Position numbers and translations under genes: made by a program. 64,000 nt of DNA from Alphaproteobacteria bacterium. Its GTDB lineage: Bacteria; Pseudomonadota; Alphaproteobacteria; G965222575. How positions within the stretch are numbered: position 1 is the stretch's first letter; each line of letters opens with the position of its first letter. Positions 28,933-38,593 of this stretch are shown piece by piece. The DNA is taken from contig OZ244958.1 of assembly GCA_965222575.1 (NCBI GenBank), positions 576,001 to 640,000 on the forward strand, written 5' to 3'. Under the pieces are notes generated by a model, which was not told where the DNA came from, ran no database searches, and was given only the letters and a program-made list of their open reading frames with translations.

Positions 28933-31021
28933 ATGTTTTGAGACCATTCCCAAGACTCTCATAGCAGCGGTAGAAGATAAGCTAGGAGGTTTCTGGCCAG
29001 ATATCTTGTGGCATTTCCCCAAAGAGCATCTGTCACTTTTGCCGACGCCGTCTCTTAAAGAGTGTTCCTTGAGGGACAATGTGACGATTATCGGTCACGT
29101 GATGGCGCATCGTCCGCCGAAAAGAGGGACGAAAGCCCCTTTTGTCATTACGATAGAAACTTCGGAGGCCTGTGTGGATGTGTGCTATTTTCACTATGGG
29201 TTGGAATGGGTGAAAAGGCTTTACCCGTTAGGGGAGAAGAAAACAATTTGCGGTACCCTCACCTGCAGAGGCGATACGATGACCATTGTGCATCCGTCTT
29301 TGGTAAGAGCCTATGAAGAAGGTTCTGTTGTTGAGCCTTATTGCCCTGTTTATCCTGCCTTGAGTAGTTTGTTATCATCGGGGCGCTTAAGGAGTCTTAC
29401 CCGTTATGGACTTACGCTGTTGAAAGAGCATACTCCCCCTCCTTGGTCTCTTGAAGTTTCTGTTGTTGAGCTGTTGGAAAAGATACATTTCCCTAGGACC
29501 AAAGAGAGCCTAGAGCGGCAAAAAGAGTGGCTTCGCCAGTTGGCTTTTTATGAGTTGTTTGTGTATCAGATTGTGATAGCAACTGTGCGGAAGCATCATG
29601 GCAAGCAACAGAAGTCCGCTTCATTGCTTGTGCCCGGAGAAAAGGGAGAAAAGCTTGTGGAAGCCTTGCGAAATATTGTACCTTTTACGCTCACGCAGGC
29701 GCAGGAAAAAGCCTTTTTATCCATTAAGCAAGATATGGTACAGAAGGGGCGCGGGGGTGGGCGTATGCTACATTTATTGCAAGGGGATGTGGGGAGTGGA
29801 AAGACAATTGTTGCCTTGATGGTGACGGTATCTGTTCTTGGCGACGGTCAACAAGTGGCTTTTATGGCGCCTACGGAATTGCTAGCGCGGCAGCATTATA
29901 AGAATCATGTGATGTGGCTGGAGAAACTGGGGATTAGCAGTGTGTGTTTGACGAGCGCTGATAAGGGGAAGAGTCGCAAGCGGATTCTCAACGGGGTAGC
30001 GACGGGAGAACAACAGATTGTTTTTGGGACTCATAGTTTATTGCAAGATACAGTATCGTTTCACCATCTTGCGCTAGCGGTGATAGATGAACAACAAAGG
30101 TTTGGGGTTTATCAGCGGGTAGTCCTTGCGAAGAAAGGGAGAGGGTGTCACGGCTTAGTGATGACAGCGACGCCTATTCCGCGTACCTTAGCACTAGCGA
30201 TTTACGGTGATATTGCTGTTTCTGTGATTGATGAGAAGCCTGCGGATAGGTTAAAGATAGAAACAGCTGTCATGGCGGAGCATAAGCTTGAGGCGTTAGG
30301 GGAGCGGTTGCGGGAGCAGCTGCGTAAAGGGCGGCAGATTTTTTGGGTGTGTCCGAAGATAGAGGAAACAGAGGGGCAGGCCGTTGTTTCTGTTCAGAAA
30401 AGAGGTCTATGGATTCAAGAATTGTTTGGAGAAGAAGCTGTTGTGATGATTCATGGGCGGATTCCTTCTGCTGAGCGGGAAGTTCTTGCACAGCGGTTTG
30501 TGGAGAAGAAAGCCAAGATTTTGTTAGCGACCACAGTGATTGAGGTTGGCATAGATATTCCAACGGCTTCTATTATGGTGGTGGAGAATGCGGAGAGGTT
30601 TGGGTTGTCTCAGTTGCATCAGTTGCGGGGGCGTGTGGGGCGCAATTGCGAGCAGAGTTTTTGTATTTTGCTTTATAAGCCGCCGTTGTCTTCTGTTGCG
30701 TTGGGGCGGTTAGAGACCTTACGGGATAGCCAAGATGGGTTTGAGATTGCGCAACAGGACTTGATGATACGGGGAGCGGGAGAGATTTTAGGGGAGAGGC
30801 AAAGTGGGTTACCGCGTTTTAAGGTTGTTTGCCTTAAGGAGCATGGACATCTTATTCCGCAAGCGGCGCGTCAAGCGCGAAAAGTTTTCTGTCAAGAGTC
30901 CTCTCTTTCTTTTCTTGAGGAGAGGCGTCTTGTGTCTTTAGTAGAACTGTTTGGACAATCTTTGGCTCCCTTTTTAGAGAAAGGACGCTTAAAAGGGGAA
31001 GAATTCTTCAAAGGGGGATAG
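28933..31021 (+). CDS. recG: ATP-dependent DNA helicase RecG (probable 1-bp indel just after ATG 28933; called ORF begins 29006)
   Basis: LLQGDVGSGKT, DEQQRFG, MTATPIPRTL and QLHQLRGRVGR motifs. Confidence 0.94.
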
Positions 31022-31074
31022 TCAAAGAGGGAGAAAATGAGTAGGCTAAAAGGAGGAAGACGTGCAAGGGTTTC

Positions 31075-32295
31075 ATGAGTGTAACAAAAAAAGATTTTGG
31101 TCATCTGCTCCCTTTTGCGTGCGAGCCCGGTGTGGTGCGGGTTTTACGAAGGCTTCTTGAAGCGGGGCCAGCGCGTCTTGTGGGGGGCTATGTGCGGGAT
31201 TTGTTACTGAAGAGTCCGTCAAAAGATATTGATGTGGCAACCCCTCTTTTGCCGGCGCAAACATTGAAGCTTCTTGAGCCTTTTGGCGGTAAGGGGCAAG
31301 GACGTTCCTTTCGTCATGGCACGGTGTGTGTGTATTGCGGGTCTTGGCAGATACAGGTGACAACGCTCAGAGAGGATATCATTACCCATGGGCGCCATGC
31401 CACGGTCTCTTTTTCCCATGACTGGGAGAAAGATGCTCAACGTCGGGACTTTACGATAAATGCGTTGTACTTATCGTATAATCACCAGATGGTAGGAGAG
31501 GAGATTGTTGATTTTTTTGAGGGACAAGAGGACTTGCGTAAGGGTATCATTCGTTTCATTGGAGACCCTTTTGAGCGTATCAGAGAGGACTATTTAAGGA
31601 TTTTGCGTTTCTTTCGTTTTAGTGCGTATTACGGGCGGGGGCAGCTACAGGAGGAGGGTCTTAGAGCGTGTGCAAAAGCCAAAGAGGGGCTTAATACCTT
31701 ATCTAGGGAACGGGTGACCGCTGAATTTCAACGTCTGTTGATGGCCCCTTATAGCACAGAGATTCTAACAGTGATGAAGGCAACATCTCTTTTGTCTCAT
31801 ATTGCCCCTATTGAGGATTTATCGTTATTTTCTGCTGTGAAGGAGACCTTTGACAAAAACTGGATATTGTATCTGTGTGCTTTGTTTTCCTCTGAAGGGC
31901 GGGGATTGCATTGTCTAGCGTTGTCTGACAAGCAGCAAAAGTTACTAGAGCGTATGGGGAAAGCCTATGAGTTTATTATCTCACTAGGCGGGGTGTTAAC
32001 GCCCGGGGGGCTTCACAAAGGGGTTGATTTGTTTGGAAAAGAGGCTCTGAGAGGCGGTTTGTGTCTGTGGGCGGCAGGGAGAGAAGGGGCTATAGGGTAC
32101 CTTGAAGCCTTTGATAGGGATGAAGCCTTTCTGAAGAGCTGCCCTGTACAGGCGGGGGATTTAATGGAGAAGGGCTTGAAGGGAGGTGCCCTTGGGGAGG
32201 CTTTAGAGGTTGTCAAGCGGCGGTGGGAAGCCACAGATTGTCAAGCTACTAAGGAATCCTTACTGCATTTTCTTGGAAAAGCTGGTTATTTTTAA
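31075..32295 (+). CDS. cca: CCA tRNA nucleotidyltransferase
   Basis: VGGYVRD, DIDVAT, RRDFTINA and EDYLRILRFFRF motifs. Confidence 0.92.
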   Translation: MSVTKKDFGHLLPFACEPGVVRVLRRLLEAGPARLVGGYVRDLLLKSPSKDIDVATPLLPAQTLKLLEPFGGKGQGRSFRHGTVCVYCGSWQIQVTTLREDIITHGRHATVSFSHDWEKDAQRRDFTINALYLSYNHQMVGEEIVDFFEGQEDLRKGIIRFIGDPFERIREDYLRILRFFRFSAYYGRGQLQEEGLRACAKAKEGLNTLSRERVTAEFQRLLMAPYSTEILTVMKATSLLSHIAPIEDLSLFSAVKETFDKNWILYLCALFSSEGRGLHCLALSDKQQKLLERMGKAYEFIISLGGVLTPGGLHKGVDLFGKEALRGGLCLWAAGREGAIGYLEAFDRDEAFLKSCPVQAGDLMEKGLKGGALGEALEVVKRRWEATDCQATKESLLHFLGKAGYF

Positions 32296-32305
32296 GCGGA
32301 GACTC

Positions 32306-32971
32306 ATGAAGAAGCTACAAAAAGACCAAACGGAACCTCTTATGCGTCGGGTTGCTGTGAGTGCTAAAAAAGGACAGTGGCATCGTGGGTATTTCAATGA
32401 CTGGTATGTTCAAGGGGCGCATCAGCATGGGTTACGTGCTAGGTCTGCTTGGAAGTTGTTAGAGATACAGAAGAAGTACGATTTGTTTCAAGGGCGGGGT
32501 GAGTCTATCTTGGATTTAGGGGCAGCGCCCGGTGGATGGAGTCAGGTCATTAGCCAGTTAGGGCATAAAGTTTTTGCGGTGGATGAGCGCCCTATGGAGC
32601 CTCTCGAGGGCGTTCGAATATTACAGATGAGCATACAGTCCCATGAAGACAGCATCAAAGCACTTAAACAATGGATAGGTACGAGAGTAACAGGTGTAGT
32701 CTCTGATCTCTCCCCTTCTCTTACTGGTCACAAGGCGACGGATCATATACGCCTGTTGAGGTTGGCGTCTTTGTCTTTAGAAGTTGGCAAGTGTCTTCTG
32801 AAAAAGAGGGGGTTTTATGTGGTGAAAATTTTTCAAGGCAGTCAAGAGGCGGATTTTGTGAAGGTTCTGAAACAAAGCTTTGAGCAAGTACGGTGTTTCA
32901 AGCCTAAAGCCTCCAGGAAGAATTCTTGTGAACGCTATCTTATTGGGCAATCTTTTCGCTATCTGTTATGA
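32306..32971 (+). CDS. rlmE: 23S rRNA Um2552 methyltransferase RlmE
   Basis: RARSAWKLLEI, LDLGAAPGGWSQ and KPKASR motifs. Confidence 0.93.
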   Translation: MKKLQKDQTEPLMRRVAVSAKKGQWHRGYFNDWYVQGAHQHGLRARSAWKLLEIQKKYDLFQGRGESILDLGAAPGGWSQVISQLGHKVFAVDERPMEPLEGVRILQMSIQSHEDSIKALKQWIGTRVTGVVSDLSPSLTGHKATDHIRLLRLASLSLEVGKCLLKKRGFYVVKIFQGSQEADFVKVLKQSFEQVRCFKPKASRKNSCERYLIGQSFRYLL

Positions 32972-33987
32972 CTGTGGTTGCTTCAGAACTTGGTGCATTC
33001 TTTCCGCGTGCCATGGAACAGGTTGACCGATATATTCTGGAGGAGCTGGATTGTATTCCTTTTGTAGGGCCTGTAGCACGTCGGCTTCTTTTTGCGGGAG
33101 GGAAGCGGTTGCGTCCTCTGTTAGCGTTAGCGTTCTGTTCTCTTGAAGCACAAGAAGAGCAGGAAACCTTAGTCTATCCGTTTTCTACGATGATTGGGGC
33201 TGCTGTGGAGTTGATGCATTTAGCCTGTTTGCTACATGATGATGTGTTGGATGATCAAGCACTCAGACGTGGTCTTGCTACAGCTAGTAAGCGTTTTGGC
33301 AATTCTGTGGCAATTTTGTGCGGCGATTTTTTATTTGCTCAAGCCTTCAAGCACGTCTTAAAAGTGTCTGATAAAACTTGTAGTCTTAGCATTTTAAGCA
33401 GAGCAGCACAAAATATGGCGTGGGGGGAGCTACTACAACTGCAACAGTCTTGTGACTTTATTCCTCAAGATTTGTATATGGAGTCCATTGAGAAGAAAAC
33501 GGCTACTCTTTTTTCCGCTGCCTGTTCCATGGGGCCTACGCTTTTGGACAAGCCGCCCGTTTTTATACAAGCAGCTGAGAGGTTCGGAAGAAATTTTGGG
33601 GTCGCTTTTCAGATTTTGGATGATATTGTAGATTACACAGGAGGCGTTGGCTATACCAAGGAATGTGGCAGGGATTTTGCGCAAGGGACACAAACCTTGC
33701 CTGTGATTTTAGCCATTCAAGGGGCTTCCAGTGTGGAGAAAGACTTTTGGCGTCAACAGATGCGAAAAAAGAAGAGCAATAAAAAGCTGGACCCCCAAGA
33801 CTTTCAACAGGCTTTGACGATTCTCAGGCGTCACAGGGCTTTCCACGAAGCTGTTCAAGTGGCTAGGGCTTATGAAAAAAAGGCGCTAGTTGCCATAGAA
33901 TCTTTTCCATCCTCGCCTCTTGTGGGAAAAGTCTCACGGTGTCTCAGTGATATTTTTACCCGCCTTGTGGAAGGGCAAGACGCCTAA
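32968..33987 (+). CDS. ispB: Polyprenyl diphosphate synthase (IspB-like)
   Basis: GGKRLRP, LHDDVLD, KTA and FQILDDIVD motifs. Confidence 0.88.
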   Translation: MTVVASELGAFFPRAMEQVDRYILEELDCIPFVGPVARRLLFAGGKRLRPLLALAFCSLEAQEEQETLVYPFSTMIGAAVELMHLACLLHDDVLDDQALRRGLATASKRFGNSVAILCGDFLFAQAFKHVLKVSDKTCSLSILSRAAQNMAWGELLQLQQSCDFIPQDLYMESIEKKTATLFSAACSMGPTLLDKPPVFIQAAERFGRNFGVAFQILDDIVDYTGGVGYTKECGRDFAQGTQTLPVILAIQGASSVEKDFWRQQMRKKKSNKKLDPQDFQQALTILRRHRAFHEAVQVARAYEKKALVAIESFPSSPLVGKVSRCLSDIFTRLVEGQDA

Positions 33988-34068
33988 TCTCCTTCACAAT
34001 CCCCCGCTTGTTGTCTTTCTCTAATTGGCAACCCTCTCACGATATCTTGTCCCCCCCGCCTGTCCTTC

Positions 34069-34569
34069 CTATTGGCAATGCTTTGTCATTTCGTCAAAAG
34101 CCTTAGTGAAGCCTCTGAGAGAGTAGGTATCTTTCGTGACAGTGCCTCTTTGAGAAGTGGCTGTGATACTGAAGCGATTCCCTTTTTTCATAGCACTCAC
34201 CAGCTGTTTATCCATAGCCACCGTTTCAGCCCATATGGTTTCATCTCGTGCAATGAAGCTAAAGGTTTTGTCACTGATAACGCCCATGATATCTTTTTTC
34301 AAATCAAGAGGGTATCCCATATAGCTACTGACTTCTCCAAAGAACCCTTTTTCGGGATTATGGGTCACCAAAAGTGCAATAGTTCCTCTTTTGACATGGG
34401 GAGGGGTGCTGTATTTAGGAGAGCTTATAATGTAACAAATTTTATGGGGTTGATTTATCACTAAAACCTTCCAATCATGAAAGATTTCTGCTTTAACGGG
34501 AGAGGGAGTATCTGCGCCTAGTAAAGGTTGACAGAAGAAGAGCAGGAGGGGGAAAATTGTAAAGCGCAT
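34069..34569 (-). CDS. Invasion-associated locus B (IalB) family protein
   Basis: Signal peptide, FHDWKV, CYIISSP and AMKKG..DTYSLRGFTKA..C. Confidence 0.85.
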   Translation of the reverse strand: MRFTIFPLLLFFCQPLLGADTPSPVKAEIFHDWKVLVINQPHKICYIISSPKYSTPPHVKRGTIALLVTHNPEKGFFGEVSSYMGYPLDLKKDIMGVISDKTFSFIARDETIWAETVAMDKQLVSAMKKGNRFSITATSQRGTVTKDTYSLRGFTKAFDEMTKHCQ

Positions 34570-34733
34570 GACTGATGACCGAAGGAATTGACTTTTTTTG
34601 AGGATAGGAAAACCATGAGGGGTAAGTCAATGATTGATTTTAAGCACCGGGCTTTTTTCCTATGAGAGGCCTGATTCGTTATTGGCATAAAATCTTATTC
34701 TTTATCTGAGGGGGGTAGTGGGTCTGAGGAGGG

Positions 34734-36749
34734 TTAGTCGTCAATGCCTAAGCGCAGGGCTTTTTCGCTATCAAGGAATCCTGAGCCATAAGCGGCATCA
34801 AGTCCTTTTTCCCCTAAGTCGAGGGCGCTTTTTGTCATAAGGGCGGTGATTTCCTGTGCTGTTTTTTGAGGAAAAGCCTGTCGCAAGAGGGCCGCCACTC
34901 CAGCTGCTACGGCGGCGGCGGCGTCAAGATGGTACTCGCTGTAACCGCGGGACTCAAAACGCCCGTCTCCGCGAATGCCTATCATACCTTGAGGTGCTGT
35001 GAGTTTAGAGGTTTTCTTTGTGGAAGAAGAAAATGGTTCCCCTATTAGCTCTATTGTGTCTTCTACAAAATCGTATTGAAAATGGTTCATACTGGTCTGT
35101 TTTTGAAGCCGTCCGCGCACAATTAAAATTTTGGGAGAATCAATCTCCGGCGGTAGATAGTAGCTAGATGAAACCACCACTACGATATCTTTTTCTAACA
35201 GTTTTTGTATTTCTTCTGCTGTATGGTTGCTTCTTGTAGGCAACAACAAAACCTTGACATTAGCTTTCTCTAGCATTTTTAGGCCTGAAGGGCTTAAAGA
35301 GGGGAGCATGAAAACAGAGGAATCAAAGGCGACGCCATGGAGGTATCCTTGTTGTTTCTCCTTCTCTTTTGCTAGAAGCATTTCTCTTCCGCGACTCGCT
35401 ACCATAATGCTGGTGAGAAAGGTTTCTCCTTGGGGTTCTTTTCTTGTGATGGATTGGTGTAAACTTAGAGGATGTAATTGGGTTTTTAGCTCTCTTAGGG
35501 TGTCATTCACCGCTCCCCCCACAATACCGATAGTAATGCCTTTCCCAGTCAAGCCATAAGCGTAAACGAAGGGCAGTTTAATAGAAGAAAGAGGGTGTTT
35601 ATTGTTTTGGTATTCAATGGTTTCATAGAATTCTGTTGGTTCGTATTGTTTGTAGAAGTCCCCGAGGATATTAGGAGTCCTGTTGTTATACTTTGTTCTT
35701 TCTGTGTGGTAATCTGGTACTGAAGAGGTAGGTGAAGCATGTTCTGTGTGGAGGATATGGCGTTGAGCGAGGTATTCGAAAGCGGCTAGTGCGTCGGGGA
35801 ATCCGCGTCCTGTTTGCCAATCGGTTCCTGGTTGTCCTATATCCACGGCTGTTTCCAGAATGGCTTCAACGACTTCGTGATTTTTCGCCTCAGGGTAAGC
35901 CTGACGCAAGAGTGTGATAATACCGGCTACCATAGGGGCTGAAAGAGATGTGCCTGTGTTGGGGGAGGGGCTATCCTCTGTATCAAGGGTGTTTATGCCT
36001 TCTCCGGGGGCAATGACACAAAACTCTGCTACCTCTTTGCAGGGCGTTGCCCACTGAGAAAAGGAGGCATATTGCCCAATATCTTCGCGTTCAATCCTTG
36101 GGGAGAAGTCCAATTCGTCCCTGATAGCATGCTTTTGCTTTTTAGAGATTGTCGCAGAACTCACAGCAAGAATAGCCCCCCTTGCTTGTAGAGCATAAGA
36201 GGCGGGAAAATAAACGCCGCTGTCCGGCCCCCAGTTGCCAGTAGAACAAACAATCACCATATCATTTTGAATGAATTTCTGTATGCCCCGTAAATAAAAA
36301 GGGGGGTGATTACGGGTATTCCATACGACACTGATATTAATCACTTTGACGCCGGCATCAATGAAAAGCTCTGGATTGCGAAAAATCCGTTGAGGCCTAT
36401 CTGAAATCACCAAGGACTTATAAGCAATGCCTTGCATGTTGATGTTGTTTTTATTCCCTACTAAAATCATAGCAACTGCGGTGGGGTGTCCTGTGGTGTC
36501 TATAACGCCGCTGCGCAGATGCACTCTTCCTTCAAAGTCCGGTAAGGAAACCTGTAGGCCTCCATCAATGTTGCCTAGTACGACATTTTCCCCTGTGAGA
36601 TTTTTTTCATATAAATAATGAATGTTCAACAGGGTAAAAGGAATACCATTTGCTTTGTATTCCATATCATCAAGGATGTCGTAGATATTTTCACTTTTTC
36701 CACACAAGGGATAAAGAAGCAAGAGGAAGAGGAGAAAATAGAATTTCAT
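34734..36749 (-). CDS. Secreted S8 subtilase with two tandem peptidase domains (second degenerate)
   Basis: Domain 1: IDGG, GHPTAVA, STGN, GTSLSAP. Domain 2 repeats LTGKGITIG and A.DLG..G.D..YG.G but lacks the D/H/S triad. Confidence 0.85.
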   Translation of the reverse strand: MKFYFLLFLLLLYPLCGKSENIYDILDDMEYKANGIPFTLLNIHYLYEKNLTGENVVLGNIDGGLQVSLPDFEGRVHLRSGVIDTTGHPTAVAMILVGNKNNINMQGIAYKSLVISDRPQRIFRNPELFIDAGVKVINISVVWNTRNHPPFYLRGIQKFIQNDMVIVCSTGNWGPDSGVYFPASYALQARGAILAVSSATISKKQKHAIRDELDFSPRIEREDIGQYASFSQWATPCKEVAEFCVIAPGEGINTLDTEDSPSPNTGTSLSAPMVAGIITLLRQAYPEAKNHEVVEAILETAVDIGQPGTDWQTGRGFPDALAAFEYLAQRHILHTEHASPTSSVPDYHTERTKYNNRTPNILGDFYKQYEPTEFYETIEYQNNKHPLSSIKLPFVYAYGLTGKGITIGIVGGAVNDTLRELKTQLHPLSLHQSITRKEPQGETFLTSIMVASRGREMLLAKEKEKQQGYLHGVAFDSSVFMLPSLSPSGLKMLEKANVKVLLLPTRSNHTAEEIQKLLEKDIVVVVSSSYYLPPEIDSPKILIVRGRLQKQTSMNHFQYDFVEDTIELIGEPFSSSTKKTSKLTAPQGMIGIRGDGRFESRGYSEYHLDAAAAVAAGVAALLRQAFPQKTAQEITALMTKSALDLGEKGLDAAYGSGFLDSEKALRLGIDD

Positions 36750-36883
36750 GGAGGATAGTTTTGACTTTGTAGACTTAAGGCAGTACATAATACATAATTG
36801 TAAAGGAAAATCAGAAAAAAACTAGTTTCTTATGGTAAAGAATTTTCAGGAGAGGGGTATGGGGGGTGAGGTGGTAGGGGCTT

Positions 36884-37657
36884 GTGTCTAGAAAGAAGCT
36901 TTGTGAGGGGAAAGGGAAAGTTCTGTTTCAAGGGCCTTATCCGCACACGGCGGTGCAAGTTTTCAAAGATACGGTGACGGCATTAGATGGCAAGAAGAGG
37001 TCTAGCATCAAGGGGAAGGGTCGTGTGAACAATGGGATTTGTGCGCATATTATGGAGGGGTTATCGGCTTGTAGTTTTCCGACGCATTTTCTCAAGAAGC
37101 TTTCTTCTACGGAGCAGTTAGTGAGGTATGTGAAGATGATTCCGTTAGAAGTGATTGTCCGCAATGTTTCGGCTGGCAGTTTTTCGAGGAGGTTCGGGGT
37201 ACAGCGCGGAGAGAATCTGTTGCGTCCTGTGGTGGAATTTTGTGTTAAGAGAGGAGAGGAAGACCCTTTTATTGGGGAGGATGTGATTGTAGCCCTTGAG
37301 ATTGCCTCTTGGGAGCAAGTAGATGAGATGATGGAATTGGCGTTGAGGGTTAATGATTATCTCAGTGGTTTGTTCAAGGCTGGAGGGATAATTTTGGTAG
37401 ATTTTAAGGTAGAGTTTGGGTGTCGTGTTGATGAAGAGGAGGAGGAGGAGAGACTGGTTTTAGCTGATGAGATTACGCCTGATAGTTGTCGTTTATGGGA
37501 GAGTGTGACGAAGAAGTCTTTGGATAAAGATTTGTTTCGATTAGGGTTGGGGGATGATATGCTTGAAGGGTATGAAGAGGTTGCGCGTCGTATTGGGGTG
37601 TTGAAGCGTCCTTTGTATTTGGTGAGGGGTTTGGGAAAAGAAGAGAAGAAGAAGTGA
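36884..37657 (+). CDS. purC: SAICAR synthetase
   Basis: EGKGK, MIPLEVIVRN, LVDFKVEFG and LADEITPDSCRLW motifs. Confidence 0.96.
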   Translation: MSRKKLCEGKGKVLFQGPYPHTAVQVFKDTVTALDGKKRSSIKGKGRVNNGICAHIMEGLSACSFPTHFLKKLSSTEQLVRYVKMIPLEVIVRNVSAGSFSRRFGVQRGENLLRPVVEFCVKRGEEDPFIGEDVIVALEIASWEQVDEMMELALRVNDYLSGLFKAGGIILVDFKVEFGCRVDEEEEEERLVLADEITPDSCRLWESVTKKSLDKDLFRLGLGDDMLEGYEEVARRIGVLKRPLYLVRGLGKEEKKK

Positions 37658-37663
37658 GAGAAG

Positions 37664-37906
37664 ATGGTTGTGGTGCGGGTAATTGTGACACTTAAGGCGG
37701 ATATTTTGGATCCTGCGGGGAAGGCTATTTGTGCTGTTGGGGTTTCCAAGGAAGAGGCGTTAAGGGAGGTACGCGGGGGGAAAATTTTTGACTTGAGTAT
37801 TGAGGCGGAGGCGGAGGAAGCCTTAGCCATTGCTACGCGTCTTGCTGAAGATTTCTTAGCGGATGCGCTTTCGGAGAATTTTTGTGTAGAATGTCTATCG
37901 TCATGA
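37664..37906 (+). CDS. purS: FGAM synthase subunit PurS
   Basis: VTLKADILDPAGKAI and VRGGKIFDL; lies between purC and purQ. Confidence 0.9.
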   Translation: MVVVRVIVTLKADILDPAGKAICAVGVSKEEALREVRGGKIFDLSIEAEAEEALAIATRLAEDFLADALSENFCVECLSS

Positions 37907-38586
37907 GGACGGTTGCGCTGATTATTTTTCCCGGTTCCAACTGTGATTGTGATACGGAAAAAGCCTTACGGATGGTAGGGGCTAGGGTTAGGAGGGTGAG
38001 TTATAAGGAGAGGGATTTGGGGGGGGTATCTGGGATTATTTTGCCCGGCGGTTTTTCTTATGGAGATTATCTTCGGGCTGGGGCTATTGCATCTTGCGTG
38101 CCTATTATGGAGGAGGTGCGTCGTAAGGTGAAGCAAGGGGTGCCTCTTTTGGCTATCTGTAATGGCTTTCAGATTGCAACGCAAGCGTCCTTATTGCCCG
38201 GGGTTTTACTCCCTAATGATACTGGTCGATTTATTTGTCGCTGTGTTTCTGTACGGATTGCTAGTGAGAGTCCTTATTTTACATCGGCTTGTTCGACAAA
38301 GCATCTGAGCATTCCTATAGCCCATAAAGAGGGTCGTTTTTATGCCCCTGTTGAGGTTATTAAGGCTCTGCGTGAAGAGGGACGCATTGCCCTTACCTAT
38401 ACGAAAGCGTCAGGGGATTCGGATAATCCTAACGGGTCTTGTCATGACATTGCTGGCATTTATGATAAGGAGAGACGCATTTTAGGGATGATGCCTCACC
38501 CGGAGAGGGCTATGGGGGGGCATATGGTGCGTGAGGGGGGGAGAGGAGTCCTTGAGTCTTTTGTGCAGTCACTAGTGGGAGGGTGA
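37903..38586 (+). CDS. purQ: FGAM synthase glutaminase PurQ
   Basis: [24 protein letters not shown] and MMPHPER motifs. Confidence 0.96.
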   Translation: MRTVALIIFPGSNCDCDTEKALRMVGARVRRVSYKERDLGGVSGIILPGGFSYGDYLRAGAIASCVPIMEEVRRKVKQGVPLLAICNGFQIATQASLLPGVLLPNDTGRFICRCVSVRIASESPYFTSACSTKHLSIPIAHKEGRFYAPVEVIKALREEGRIALTYTKASGDSDNPNGSCHDIAGIYDKERRILGMMPHPERAMGGHMVREGGRGVLESFVQSLVGG

Positions 38587-38593
38587 GGGCAGG

